From contig NC_068985.1 in the NCBI RefSeq assembly GCF_001194135.2, positions 29,835,050 to 29,899,049 of the forward strand: a DNA stretch of 64,000 bases, written 5' to 3'. Below are positions 38,816 through 53,485 of the stretch, piece by piece (the first letter of the stretch is position 1; each line of letters opens with the position of its first letter). The notes under the pieces are model-generated. The model saw nothing but the letters and a program-made list of their open reading frames with translations. It was not told the DNA's origin and did not search any database. The position numbers and the translations under genes were made by a program. Origin of the DNA: Octopus bimaculoides (taxonomy: Eukaryota).

Positions 38816-40461
38816 AAGTGGTATAGGGTAGAATGGTGTAGAGTTGTAGTGCAATGTGATGTAGTGTTACAAGAAAACTAGTATTTTGAACAGAAGGAAA
38901 ATGGCTGCATGAGAAAGAGGGGGGAGAGGGGGAGGGAGAGGTAAAGAGAGAGAAAGCTGGCAAATGAAAAAATGCATTCACACATTTACATGCTTATAAC
39001 AGGTAAGTAATGTACACATGTACATGCACATGCATACACACACGCGTGTGTGCATGCAATATAACAGAATATGAACTCTAAGGAGTATTTTGACTAGCTA
39101 GAAATAGCAGCCAAATTTTTCTCTTAATGACATCCCAAGATCTTAAATAAGGATGGACATACTACAGCTGAAAATAAAACAGGAAGGTTGTGAATGGAAC
39201 ACTTTTGAACATTATAGCAGAATTTTAAAAACCACCACTACCACCACCACCACCACCACCATCACAGCCTTATCAACATTATCACCACAAACACCTCCAC
39301 TGCCGTTACTACCACCACCACCTTATCAACATTATCACTGCAACCACTAACACTATTACCATTACAAACTCACAACCATCATCACTAACGGCTATATGCT
39401 ATCTTCACCACTCCCATTAACAATCTTTTACCACCACCACCACCACAACAACAACAACAACTTCACTAATACCATCACTCATATCTCCAAACCCCTACCA
39501 GCACCATCTCCACCACAATCTCACCAATACTTCAAAGAGTCTTTTATTTGAAACTCCCCTGCTCCCCTCCCCACCACCATTTAAAAATGTTTATTTCATA
39601 TTATAATTCTGTTTTCTTCTTTAAACCTCTTTAAAATTAATCTCAGTTAATCGGGGGGTGGGGTGGATTCAAGGTAAAGGGTATGAATAGTAAAGAAAGA
39701 AAGGAAGAGAGAGAGAGAAAGTGTTATCAGCAGGGGTGATAAAGACAGCCCTGCCCCACCAAGCAGGGGATGAAGTCTCGTAATCTCACTCCCCACCTTT
39801 GATGACTCGGCAATATTGGTACTGCTTTGGTCTCTGAAGCATTGTCATTCTTCTCCTCCTCCTCCTCCTACTCCTCTTCGTCATATCACATTCATCATTT
39901 TTCATCGTCATCATTATGATCAATTTTTATCCATCATGTTTACATTATGTTTCATCTCCAGACATGAATACAATCTGCAATTATCACATACTATCATTAC
40001 TACTACTACTACTGGTACCACCACCGCTGCCGCCACCACCACTGCCACATGTTCATGTCATCATGACACTATACTGGTCACAATCTACCACCAGTATGCA
40101 CCTGTACACCTGTTTCCACACACTTACAATACATGTTCTTATCACTCTCTTCATACCACCATAGTGGTTACCATCCATTAGTATCAGATGTACATACCAT
40201 TATAACATACTGTTATATTAGTTATCATTCATTACCATTATGTGTCCATGGTAACCAAACATGACATAATATGAAAACTCTAGAATGTCATGAATTTATT
40301 ATGTATTTGTCTCACAAGATTCTTTGTGTCAAAAAATTTTTTAGCTGAAACTGATATTCTTTTACATTGGGAGGATCATTCTCCCAATAAAGATACACAC
40401 ACTGGTTGTAGTTCACTTCTTTATTGTAATTGATTATTAATTATATTAACTACATTAATGG

Positions 40462-40860
40462 CGCAGACATGGCTGTGTGATATGAAATTTGCTTCATAAT
40501 CACATGGTTCTGGGTTCAGTCCCACTGCGTAGCACTTTGGGCAAGTGTTTTCTCCTATAGCCTTGGACTGACCAAGGCCTTGTGAGTGAATTTGGAAGAG
40601 AAAAACTGAAAGAAGCCCATTATGTGTGTGTGTGTGTGTGCATGTGTCTGTCTGTGTTTGTTCCCCCTGCCACCAATTGACAACTGGTATTGGTGTGTTT
40701 ACATCCCCATTACTTAGCAGCTCAGCAAAAGACACCAATAGAATAAGTACTAGGCTTAAACAAAGTACACCTTGGGATCAATTTGTTTGACCAAAACCCT
40801 TGAAAGTGGTGCTCCAGCATGGTGCAGTCAAATGACTGAATCAGGTAAAAGATATAAAAG
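40462..40860 (+). mobile_element. SINE family A1, full length
   Basis: A1 layout. Confidence 0.85.
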
Positions 40861-41692
40861 AAAAACCAAATTAACAACAGTAAAGATGTGAAATAATGTG
40901 TTGTTAATTAGCAGAATGACCTCTCCAATCCTTTATTACATAGTCATATATTATCAAATTAACAAGTTGTTCAATCATAGGTGAGCCCAATTCAAACAGA
41001 GACAAATGATCAAAGATTTTTCTTAACTTGACCATCTTATCTTTTTCAGCATTTAGTATTACATAGTCTAATACTTCTTACCTTTTTTTCTTTTTAAAAC
41101 AATAGTAACCAGTTCTGTTCTGGCTCCTTCTTCCATACTTTAATCTCTCATCTCCTAGCATAAAGCTATATTCCTCTTTATTGTAGCCCCACTCACTCAA
41201 AAGGGATCTTAGACTCGTGAACTGCATGGCAACCTCACAAGCACCCAATGCCAAAGTTGGCACTGGAGTATGATGCAATCTTCAGACACACTGGATCCTC
41301 TTATACCGTCCAACCCATGCCAGCATGGAAGCTGGTTAAATGATGATAATGATATGATCTGAAAGAAATTTAGTGATTTCTGTAGGTTCTTTCATTAGCT
41401 CATCATAAATTATACCCAATATTATAAATAGTGCATGTGTGTGTTGTCGTTGTTGGCTTGAAGTAAACTTTGTTATTGTTTATTATCAAATCAGTTATAT
41501 TCAAACAAAACTATGATGAAAAGCATTTTAGTTGTGAGTCTCGTACCCAGGAACCATATTCTTCAATATAACCTTTATTAAGATGTGATTAGTGAGTTTT
41601 GGTTGCTATTTTCAGCAGGTTGAGCTATCACGTGCCAGCTGACTGTTGAATAAAATTGCCAATGAATCATATTTCTCTCACCTTCTACCCCC

Positions 41693-41737
41693 TTAAGCAT
41701 TACATCTGACAGAGTAATCTGAATGCTAAAGGGTTAA
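41693..41737 (-). mobile_element. piggyBac-like MITE terminus
   Basis: Minus strand reads TTAA|CCCTTTAGCATTCAGATTACTCTGTCAG; only one end present. Confidence 0.4.
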
Positions 41738-42223
41738 GTTGCTGGACATGTACTATAATAGTCATTGTGAACAGGGTCGTTGCTGTTAGTGTTGTTTAGC
41801 CATAGGCTGCGAAGATCGATGATCAAAGGCTCACCAGCATCACTACCCTATCTTTTCAGGAATAGCGAATCTAGAAGTACATTATTCTGTGAACCACTAC
41901 ATTTCAAAAGACAGTAGGGAGTAATTTATGAAGTTTTGACAGTTATTTCTCGCAGACAGAATGACTTTCAACAAGCTCCTATCATTGGTTTTTCCCCCGA
42001 GTTAGATATATGACTCAGGTTACTTCAGTTGATCTGACTGAACATCAAAACAACCCAAAGAAATTATTTAATTCTTACTTTACAATTGAGTGCTCACCAA
42101 TGGGGAGGGCTATAAAAAGAACTGCTCCAACAAAACCATCCTATAGATGAAATCTAATATATATACATGTGTGTGTGTGAGAGAGTGTGTGTGTATATAT
42201 ATGTATGTATGTGTATATATATA

Positions 42224-42273
<50 letters not shown>

Positions 42274-42629
42274 ATATATATTTATATAATGTTATATGTA
42301 TCTGTGTTGTTCATGCCTGTAAGATAAAGACCAAAAGCTGAGAGCAAAGAATAAATCCTCAGAGAGCAGCGAAAAAATAGTTCCAACATGACTGGAGTTG
42401 GTACAGCTGCACTCAGCTTGTTCTGATGGCTCTATGGATAATTGAGGGAGGGGGAAAGTGCTCCAGTGTGGCAGAAAGAACCTGGGTACTCCCTTGTAGC
42501 ATAAAAGCAGCTTGCCACTGTAGGAAGAAGTGATTTACTTGGAAGGTTTCAAAAACATTGAGATCTTTAGTCAACAAATGATGAAGGAAGTGACTTGCAG
42601 TGCAAGCTGGATTTAAAATAATAAGAATA

Positions 42630-43235
42630 ATAATGATTTCAAATTTTGGAAAAAGGCCAGTAATTTCAGGAGAGGGGATAAGTTGATTACATTGACCCCA
42701 GTGTCCAGCTGGTACTTATTTTATCGATCTCGGAATGGATGAAAGGCAAAGTTGACCTTGGTGGAATTTGAACTCAGAACGTGAAGACAGATGAAATGCT
42801 GCTCAGCATTTTTGTCTGACATGCTAATGATTCTGCAAGCTCAATAATAATAACAATAATAATCATAATAATAATCCTTTCTGCTATAGGCACAAGGCCG
42901 ATAATTTGGGGGGAGGGGACCAGTCGATTATATTGATCCCTAATGAGTGAAAGGCAAAGTCAACCTTCGTGGTATTTGAACTCATAAAATAACAAATCAA
43001 AACAAATGCTACAAAGCATTTCTTCCAATGTTATAATGATTCTGCTAGCTCACCACCTTTATTATAAATAATAATAATGATGATAATAATAATAATAATT
43101 ATAATGATGATCTCAAATTTTGGCACAAGGCCAGTAATTGGGGACAGGCTAAGTCGATTAAACGACTCCAGTGTTCAACTGGTACTTATTTTATTAGCCT
43201 GAAAAGGATGAAAGGCAAAGTTAACCTCAATGAAA
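42630..43235 (-). mobile_element. Three tandem family B SINEs
   Basis: 42630-42845, 42870-43060, 43105-43235, each preceded on + by (AAT)n/(GAT)n. Confidence 0.8.
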
Positions 43236-44587
43236 TTCAAACTGGCCCCCTAGAAATAACCAAATTTACATTAAATTATAGCCTACAACTTAAAAAAAAA
43301 AGGGACATATTAGCCTATGTTGTATGGGGTGCACTAGGCTTTAAAATAAGAAGCCTGATTAATATGATCAAAGTTGGAATCACTCTGATCATAGCTGCTC
43401 AATCAAAACTGATCTGTGATTAAATAACGTGACCAGCAAAACCTACTAAACCAGGATCAACACCATGTGGAAGTATCTACATCATACATCAGTATATGTG
43501 GAAACATCTACATTAGATGTGCTAGAAGTAGCAGACAACACTTCCACAAATCACAGTCCTATTCTCTTAAAAGAAGAGAGACTCATTGGGCAATTTAGTC
43601 TTAGATATAGAAAAAGAAGTGATAGTCATAGTTGGAATGCTAGTGATCATAGGTCTGCTAGATCAACGTTGACTCAGGGCTAAACAACAACAAAACTAGC
43701 ATCAATACCAGCACACCAGTATTGGCATTATCACCAACCACAATATGGCCATCACCACTGCCATCATCACATTGTTCAACTGTATGTGATGACCCATGGC
43801 GCAATGACCACCACACTGACCAAATTTAAAATAGCTATAAATGACTGGAGGTGTCCATAATTTTACAAGTCCTAGAGTTGCCTTCAGACGACCCTGTCTC
43901 TTGTTCAAGAACACAATGCACCGCCAGGAATTGAACTCACTTTATGATCATGATCCAAATACCCTAATAATATATGCAGGCATGTACAAATGTGTGTGTG
44001 TATGTGTGTATGCACATACTGTCTGTGTATATGTGTATGTGTGTTTATGCCTGAGTGTATGCATGTATAAATATATTCATACATGAATACTTATATGTTC
44101 ATATGCATTCAGAGTCAGATCTTTGTATGGCTGCTTACAGATGTACACGTCTGCATGTTTGTACATATGTGGGTTTATATTCACACAAGAAGCCTTTGTA
44201 TATGTATATAAGTCATGTATATATATACACAGTGTCCATATGCATACGCATATCTCCGTATGTATGTGTGTGTGTGTGTGTCAGAGAGAGAGGGAGTGCG
44301 TCTACACATGTGGAAAGTACATTTTACATTTTTATTTAAAATTAAGTTTCCAAGAAGCATGTAATGAAAAGTATAAATATGAATATGTGTGTGTGGGTGT
44401 GCATGTATCTGAATGCAAAAGCTAAAATACCATTATAAAATATAAATAAAAATGAAAAAAATAACCATAAATAAAAACAAACATAGAAACCAAGAAGAAA
44501 CAAATGAAAAAGGATAGACTACATATATGAAATTTGATGATAATTATATTCGGCTGGTGAATGAATTAACGTACAATATTATATACA

Positions 44588-44622
<35 letters not shown>

Positions 44623-44778
44623 AGAGAACTCATTCCCTGTATATCCTGGTTTTTACAATATGTACACTGCATTCCTTTGCGTTGTGAGAGAGAATTTGAA
44701 GGGTTGGCATCAGGAAGGGTAACTCTGGCTATTAAAAACACTGTCTCGGAAAGTCCAGTTTACCACATGTGAACATAG

Positions 44779-45148
44779 GCGCAGCATGCCTGTGTGGTAA
44801 GAAGGTTGCTTCCTAACCACATAGTTCTGGGTTCAGTCCCACTGCATGGCACCTTGGGCAAGGGTCTTCTACTGTAGCCTCGGGCTGACCAGAGCCTTGT
44901 GAGTGGATTTGGTGGACAGAAACTGAAAGAACCCTGTCGTATATATACATACATTGGAGCGTGTCTGTGCTTGTCCCTCCACCGTTGCTTGACAACCGAT
45001 GCTGGTGTGTTTACATTCCTGTAACTTAGCGGTTCGGCAAAAGAGACCAATAGCATAAGTACTAGGCTTACAAAGAATAAATCCTGGGGTTAATTTGTTC
45101 GACTAAAGGCAGTGCTCCAGCATGGCCACAGTCAAACGACTGAAGTGA
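44779..45148 (+). mobile_element. SINE family A1, full length
   Basis: A1 layout. Confidence 0.88.
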
Positions 45149-45459
45149 ATAAATGAATGGTACAACACATTCAAAAGATCAAAACAATGATTCTATACAT
45201 GCAGGCATGCACACACACACGCATAAACATTACATACACACAAATGTATGGAAAATGCATGTTAAAAGAAGATGATGATGATGATGATGACGATAAGAGT
45301 GAGTGGACAAACCAAAGAAAAGGGTACTCAATACATTTAGTAGGAGTTACATGTATTATTTAAAACAATTTGATTCTGTAATCTAAACCCGAAAGAGATG
45401 GGATGCTGTCAGAGGCCCGTGAAATTTTAAGTGGCATTGAACTAAATCAAATTGTTTTA

Positions 45460-45512
<53 letters not shown>

Positions 45513-45918
45513 TACATTATACATACATTCGTACGTATATATATTTATGTTGGTGGCTACCATACGTGATGTGGTAAGCCAAAAATAATTTATCATCGTT
45601 TAAAATTTATAACCGTCATGAGTAGGAAATCCATTAGTGTTAATTAACATTTCTTTCAAAAGAGGCAAGGAAATGAACTCTTAAAGCTTCAGTTAACTTC
45701 AAATTAATTGAAAATATGTAGAAGGAGGAAGGTCAGACAGATCTTTAGTGGTTATGCTGACAGCCCTAGAATAGTTTTGTTCTTATTAGCCCAGCTCAGA
45801 CAATCATAGCCAACACAAATCTACCTGATTACAGAGTGTCAAGAAGTAATGAATATAAGTACCAGTGATACACTGGATTCACTTCAATGAACTCTACCCT
45901 TCCCATGCAAAATTGTGG

Positions 45919-45949
<31 letters not shown>

Positions 45950-46054
45950 CATATATATATATATAATATAAATAATATATATATATATGCATATATATAT
46001 ATATATATATATATATGCATATATACATACATGTATGTACATACTTACATCTAT

Positions 46055-46113
<59 letters not shown>

Positions 46114-46611
46114 TATGTGAGGACAAGGATGTCATGAAATGTGTACAACAAAAAACTTAGTTTTGTAGGCTTGTCACAGGAACCTAGCTTGTCAAGCAAG
46201 ACCTCAGTGATGAGCCTATGAAACGAATGAAGCTGTTCTAAATAATGTAAATGATAATAACAATCCCTTCTAATCTTGACAGGTTTGGTGAATGTATCTG
46301 TTGTTGAGAAGAGAATGTCTTCTACAAAGAAATATGTAAAGAAATGCAATAGGGAAACCATCTTCGTATTCTCATCCAAAAATCCCATGACAAGCACATA
46401 GTACTTGCCAAGGAAGTTATCAGGATTTATTCATCAATCTGGTGTTCCAAGGAAGGAAAACAGAATTGGTAGAGCATCATACAAAATCGCTTGTGGCATT
46501 TAGTTTTGTCTTACTATGTTCAAATCTTGCAGAAACCAACTAAATCTTCCTTCTGGGGTCAATAAAATGAAACATCAATGAAATACTAGGATCAATTTTG
46601 TCAGCTTTTCT

Positions 46612-46992
46612 CTTGGGCAAGTGTCTTTTACTATAGCCCTGGGCTGACCAGAGCCTTTTGAGTGAGTTTCATAAATAGAAACTGAAAAAAAGTCCACTAC
46701 GTACTGTATGTATGTGCCTGTATGTTTGCATGAGTGTGTGTATGTTTGTATATCCTTGTCCTGACATTGCATAAGAGTTGTAAAAGAGAGTCACTGTCAA
46801 ACAAACAGTGTCATTCATTTCCAGTATCCTGCAGAAACATGTTAAGCCTTGGGGAAAATGTTACCTTGCTTGGGAACAAGTAAAGGTTAGTGACAGGAAG
46901 GACTCTTGGTTGTAGAAAATTTGCCTCAATAAACTCCATCCAACTCATGCAAGCATGGAAAAGTAGATGTTAACATGATGACAACGATGACG
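46612..46992 (+). mobile_element. SINE family A2, 5'-truncated
   Basis: CORE-like domain to RTE-type tail. Confidence 0.75.
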
Positions 46993-47489
46993 TACTTAAG
47001 TTAAAAATGATTAAACAATAGATATTTTATTTTAAAAATAAATACACAATTTTGGAGTGTGCGGGGGGGGGGGGACTCTGTTACCTTTCCTGTAAGTCAT
47101 GAAGTTATTCAATTTATACTGCATGTTTTTTTTTAAAAACAAGGCCAACATACTTTTTTCTTCTAAATAAACATCCCATATTTCATTTATTTTGGCTCTG
47201 TTTCATATTTACAAATCTTCTTTTTAAGTATAACATGCAGAGAAAGCAAATGGAAAAAAAATTAAATATTTCCTTTATTGATTCTTTCATTGGTTTCAGT
47301 CACTGGGCCATGGCCATGCTGGGGCACTACCTTTGAAAGTTTTATTCTATCATATGAAACCCAGTACATATTTTAGCCTAGTATTTATTTTATTGATCTC
47401 TATCCTCAAATGACTAAGCTAACATGAAGGGCTTGAACCTGGTTTACACTGATAAACATACACATAAATATAGACACAAACACACTTTC

Positions 47490-47990
47490 TTTTAAGATAT
47501 GTAGAAGAAGGGGCAGTCACCATTACTTTTGTAGGCTTTCTAAGTATGATGAGATTTATGTAATTGGTGTTTATCTTAAACATATAAAAGTCAATGTTTG
47601 TAGGAAAGGTATGTACAGAGGTAGATGTGGAGAGTTCCAGAAGACTGTTGTTCTAAGAAGACCACCATCTTCTGGAAGGGAAGTGTTTAGTGAAGAGTCA
47701 GGTGGTGAGTCGGAGTAAGTGTGATGAGAGAGAAAAAGATTGCTTAAACAGATAGGTCTTGAAGTAGAAAGTATCCATCCACTACTTCAAAAGAACAGTG
47801 GACAATTTAGCAGAATCATAGAAGAGGTAGGGAGAAGAAACTATAATTCAATGAAATAATGATTGTAGTATATTGGTGAGTAAATAATTACCAATTAGAA
47901 TGGATGGCCTTCTTTAAGATATTGTCAAGGATAGAAATGGGCACCTTGTTCATGTTAGAAGGTCAATGTCATCCAAACAGGCCGCATTTC
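47490..47990 (-). pseudogene. Degraded 3' end of a CR1-group (CR1/L2-like) LINE ORF2
   Basis: Minus-strand remnants LDNILKKAIH, YYNHYFIEL*FLLP, RTTVFWNS, FPTNIDFYMFK in the expected order. Confidence 0.55.
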
Positions 47991-49625
47991 AAAAAGAAAA
48001 TTTTGACGCTGCTAAACCAATTAATTTATAAAATACAAATATTCATTAAAAACTTTAACAAAATGTAAAAACAAAGGTAGATTTTCAGAATAAATACCTC
48101 CATTGTAATTTTTTCCAAAATTTCTTTGGATTTCCATGTTTTATGTGCAATTGTTATTATTTTAAACATTACAGCTATAAATAAAGAAATATAAATTGGA
48201 GTTTCTTAAATTCACAATTAGTTGAAAAGATATGCTTTAAATAAAATTAAAATCAACAAAAAAATATATTCCAACATAACAGTTTTCCCCCCAAATGTAC
48301 TACTTCATTTAGAAGCTCAAAAGTAGTCAGCCATTAGGCTACGGTCAGGTCCCTCACCTCAGGTCTAGCATGTCTTAATGTGAAGCAACCATAGCACAGA
48401 CCCATACAAATAAGCAGTACTCCAATGAGGGTTTTTACTTATGCTTAATTAGAACTAAAATATGGAAGATTCACCGGGAACAAAAGTCTGTAGATGTGTT
48501 CCTAGTTGAAGTACAAAAGCTATGAGATTAAGATGCTGGACTAAAGGAGAAATATAAAGTCAATAGTTCAGATCTTACCACTGTGTCTGATAAGTATAGT
48601 GTTTGTTTTTATGTGTATTAGTATGATGTATGTAAATTGTGTGGGTATTGATGTTATTGTTTAGTCCCAGGTCAGCTCTGATCAAACAGAATTATGGTAA
48701 ACAGATATCCAGCTGTGAACAATCCATTTCTTTACAGACTATCATCCAATGAGTCATTCAAATGTTTTAAAAAAAGAATACGGTGTGATTTAAGAGTGAT
48801 TTGGCTGTTTTTTGCTAGTAGACTGGTCTGTCATGTAGAGATGAGCTTAATTATTTCTTCATAAACATCAGACATTATTGTGTGACGTTAAAAGTATGTA
48901 ACTGATGAATGTACATTGTGTGTGTGTGTATGTGTTTGATGAGTATGAAGGATGTATGGTTGATGAATATGGCCAGATGGGGCGTTAAGAACCAGATGGC
49001 AGGCAACAGACTTTATATGATGTTTATGTGATGTATAAGAAAGTGAGAGGTAGATAGAATGAAATGAGTGTTAGTGTGTGTGATTTATTTGGGTAGTAAT
49101 CCTCATACAACCATGTGAGGTTTTAGTTATTCACCATTTTTCACTATGCACTGGTTGTAATAAATGGAACTTAAGATTCAAAGAAAGAACATCATAATTT
49201 GGTTGTTGTCTATTCTTGTTTAGTTACTCTTATTATGAGATACATTTCAGCTGAATGAAACAATTTGTTGTATTTCGATTCTATCGGCTTCCTTGATCAT
49301 GTATGTTGATTCCTCTCCTTTTTTTTCAACAACATTTTTCAATCAGATTCAAAAAAACCTTTATTTCAAGAACATATCATTGAAGTAGGTACTGGTGCCA
49401 TGTAGAAGGCACTGCTGGTGGTGTCACTTAAAAAGCACTGATGATGGTGCCACATAAAAAACACTCAATACACTGTGGAGTTGTAGGCATTAGGACATCC
49501 AACTGTAGAAATCAAGCCAAAACAAACTATGGAACCTGGTGCACCCCGTAACCTTACCAGTTCCTGTCAAGCCATCCAACCCATGCCAGCATGGAAAATG
49601 GACGTTAAATGATGATGATGATGAT

Positions 49626-50045
49626 ATCATTGTTTTAATATCCACTTTTCCATGCTTGCATGGGTTGAGTGGAATCTATTGAGGTGGATTTGCTATGAAA
49701 GGATGTTTTGTCCATTACTAACCCTCACCTGTTTCCAAGTAAGATATTTCTGCATAACCAGATATCTTTTCATGGAAGATTGGAAACAAAGGACACTGCT
49801 TGCATGTCGGTGACGTTTGTTTACAACTATCACATGATGTCAAGGCAAGGGGACGGTAACGCACACACACACACACATACATATATGACGGGTTTGTTTC
49901 AGTCTCCATCTACTAATCTACTTATAAGGTTTTAGTTGACCCAGGGCTATAATGAAAGACATTTTCCCAAAGTGCCATGCAGTGGGACTGAACCCAGAAC
50001 CATGTGGTTGGGAAGCAAACTTCGTACAATACAACCACACCTGCG
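49626..50045 (-). mobile_element. SINE family A2, full length
   Basis: Reverse complement of A2; tail-to-tail with a family D tail at 49385-49625. Confidence 0.82.
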
Positions 50046-51691
50046 CCCACATGCGTAACTACTTCTACAAAATGTTCAACGTAAATCTTGTTTCTTATAA
50101 ATGTTCTAATTAAAAACTTGTTAATTTTCTCTGAACGAATAACAGCTCTTCAAACTCTACTTTTAAGAAATTTTGGGAATGAACATAGGATTTAAACTAG
50201 ATCGATTTATTTTACCATTGGATGTAATAATATTTGATGCCCTATATTTATAAAACAGTAGGGTTATGATTTTCGGGAGATTTGACTGTTATTCCTAGCA
50301 GGTTTAACGACTGCATAGAAGTCTTGTGGGGGGGGGGGGTAGGTAGGTACACGTGTTAAACGCTGAGACCTAGACAGACAAATGAATACACACACACGCA
50401 CACATAACCACGTTTGTACATAATGTATATTCTCAGTTTAAGAATAAACATACACACTGTGCATATGGGAGCTTATAAATTCTACAGCAAAAATTGTGCT
50501 GTGATTTAGTGTGAATGAATGTGCTTGCCTACACATGAGTATATATACGTATGTGTGTGTGTAGTCTACCTTAAAGAGATGGAGAAGGGAAGTGAGAATA
50601 GATGTGTGTGTATATGTATGTGTGCGTGTTTTTTTTTATTTTTTATTAGCAGTTATATACATGCTATCCTTAACTTACACACTACTAAATGGAAGAGAGT
50701 TGGGATAGAGGGAATATAGCCCTCCTTAAACAGGGTGACGTTGGAGAAGGTGTTAGTGAAAAAGGATAGCGGTGACGGTGGCAGAGAGCCCACAACGACC
50801 GTGGTGGGGATGCGGTGAGGTTCAGAGGGAGGAAAGGGGCTACGAGACAGAGGTAATAGAGTAGAAGTAACTATTTAGCTGCTGTTTCACTAATCCTCAA
50901 ACCTAACCTACAACGTCTGTGAAAAAATAAGACAGGGAAGAAACAGATAGTGTGTGTGTGTGTGTGAGTGTATAATGTATATATATATATTATATANNNN
51001 NNNNNNNNNNNNNNNNNNNNNNNNNNNNNNNNNNNNNNNNNNNNNNNNNNNNNNNNNNNNNNNNNNNNNNNNNNNNNNNNNNNNNNNNNNNNNNNNNNNN
51101 NNNNNNNNNNNNNNNNNNNNNNNNNNNNNNNNNNNNNNNNNNNNNNNNNNNNNNNNNNNNNNNNNNNNNNNNNNNNNNNNNNNNNNNNNNNNNNNNNNNN
51201 NNNNNNNNNNNNNNNNNNNNNNNNNNNNNNNNNNNNNNNNNNNNNNNNNNNNNNNNNNNNNNNNNNNNNNNNNNNNNNNNNNNNNNNNNNNNNNNNNNNN
51301 NNNNNNNNNNNNNNNNNNNNNNNNNNNNNNNNNNNNNNNNNNNNNNNNNNNNNNNNNNNNNNNNNNNNNNNNNNNNNNNNNNNNNNNNNNNNNNNNNNNN
51401 NNNNNNNNNNNNNNNNNNNNNNNNNNNNNNNNNNNNNNNNNNNNNNNNNNNNNNNNNNNNNNNNNNNNNNNNNNNNNNNNNNNNNNNNNNNNNNNNNNNN
51501 NNNNNNNNNNNNNNNNNNNNNNNNNNNNNNNNNNNNNNNNNNNNNNNNNNNNNNNNNNNNNNNNNNNNNNNNNNNNNNNNNNNNNNNNNNNNNNNNNNNN
51601 NNNNNNNNNNNNNNNNNNNNNNNNNNNNNNNNNNNNNNNNNNNNNNNNNNNNNNNNNNNNNNNNNNNNNNNNNNNNNNNNNNNNNNNNNTA

Positions 51692-51747
51692 CTTACTCAG
51701 TCGGTTTCTTTGTCGAACCGTTAAGTTACAAGGACGTAAACAAGCCA

Positions 51748-51818
<71 letters not shown>

Positions 51819-51980
51819 CAGAGACAGAGAGGCGACGAGCTTCCACACAGTTTCCATGTACCAAATTCACTCACAAGGCATTAATCACCGCGGCACTTAA
51901 CCAAGGTGCCACGGAGTGGGACTGAAATCGAAACCATTTGGTTGTAAAACGAGCTTCTTAATCACTCAATCATACCCCTG
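51692..51980 (-). mobile_element. SINE family A1, partial
   Basis: A1 motifs with internal (CA)(TA)(GA)n. Confidence 0.7.
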
Positions 51981-53453
51981 CGTATGACTTCATCGGACAC
52001 GATTGCGTTTCTAGCAGTCAGACGTTCGTAGAAATCTATGAACAAGTGGTACCTTTAACAATGAGAGTGCAAGCAGAGGTGATTTGTATCAAGATTTTAC
52101 TGGTAAACGACACTCCAACGTAGAAATCAAATCAGAGAGAAACAATGGAGCATCAAGAACACAGATAATCTTAATCTGCTCTGAAAAAGACTTCAATCCT
52201 CGTAAAGTCTTTTCTTGTATCAAATATTTTCAAGTGTCTCTTCGTATTAGTTGAATTAGCGCGATGTTTCTTTTTAAACTTTTTATTGAGCGCTCTGCTA
52301 ATGGTTTTCGTTGAACAAAAATATTTTCTTTATATTTGCAAGGTATTTATACCTATATATACACACACACACACACAGACAGTTCATTTTTCTCTAAATA
52401 CGCATTTAATTATAATGCTCCTTCTGTCATACACACACAGCCATATGTATATATATGTGTGTGTGTGTGCTTACATAGATATGTACACATACACCACACA
52501 AACATATAGAGAGAGACACCCATACAGATATACACACATATTCAAGATTTTTTTTTGTTAATATCCTACCATAAAAGAAAGACTAAATTTGATTACGCGT
52601 GAACACACAAAAAATACTGAGACATACAGAACACACACAAAAACACAGACACACATTCATGCATACACATTCCTCTGATTTTCTTCCTCCCCACATTTCT
52701 CTCCAACAAATGCGAACTTAATCCAGACATGTGTCTTGGTAGTAGTAGCGGGTGGTGCTGGTGTGATATACGTGAGTGTATGTGGGTGTCAATGTGTGTG
52801 CGAACGTATGCGTATGTGTGTGTGTGTGTGTGATAAGGGAGGGCATTTAAAGGCTGGAGGAGATGAGGGGGAGGAGAGAACCGCCAAAAAAGATATTGTG
52901 TACGAATGGGGAAAACAGCACAAACCGTTGTTGATGTGTATGTGTGTTTGTGAACGTTCAGTAACAGACTCATATACACATACGTTCGCAAAAGTAAGGT
53001 ATGGGTGTGCGTATATACATCTTAGGGATTCTTAGATAACTACATAGCTTTATATACGCACACATGTATGGATGCAAACATAGACATAAATATAAATACA
53101 TTTGTTCGTATACAGATACACACACAAACACATCTATCTATCTGTCTGTCTGTCTGTCTGTGTCTATCCAGCTTGCATTCTGTTTTAGTGGAGAAAGAAA
53201 AGTAAAATCACAAAGATAATACAAAACCATACACACACACATATATATATATACACGTACACACAGCCTGACATAGCACTTTAAAAGGGGTTGGGTGGTG
53301 GTAACGCATTATACTTTACTTCTTTCTTACGTTAGGTGTACAAGTTACAGCTCAGATGTGGGGTACCCCAACATGCCTACCAATGTTTGACGGGTGGGTA
53401 ACGTGTTTGACTAGTCTCTGTATGCACAATGTTACTATGTGTATGCATGTGTG

Positions 53454-53485
<32 letters not shown>

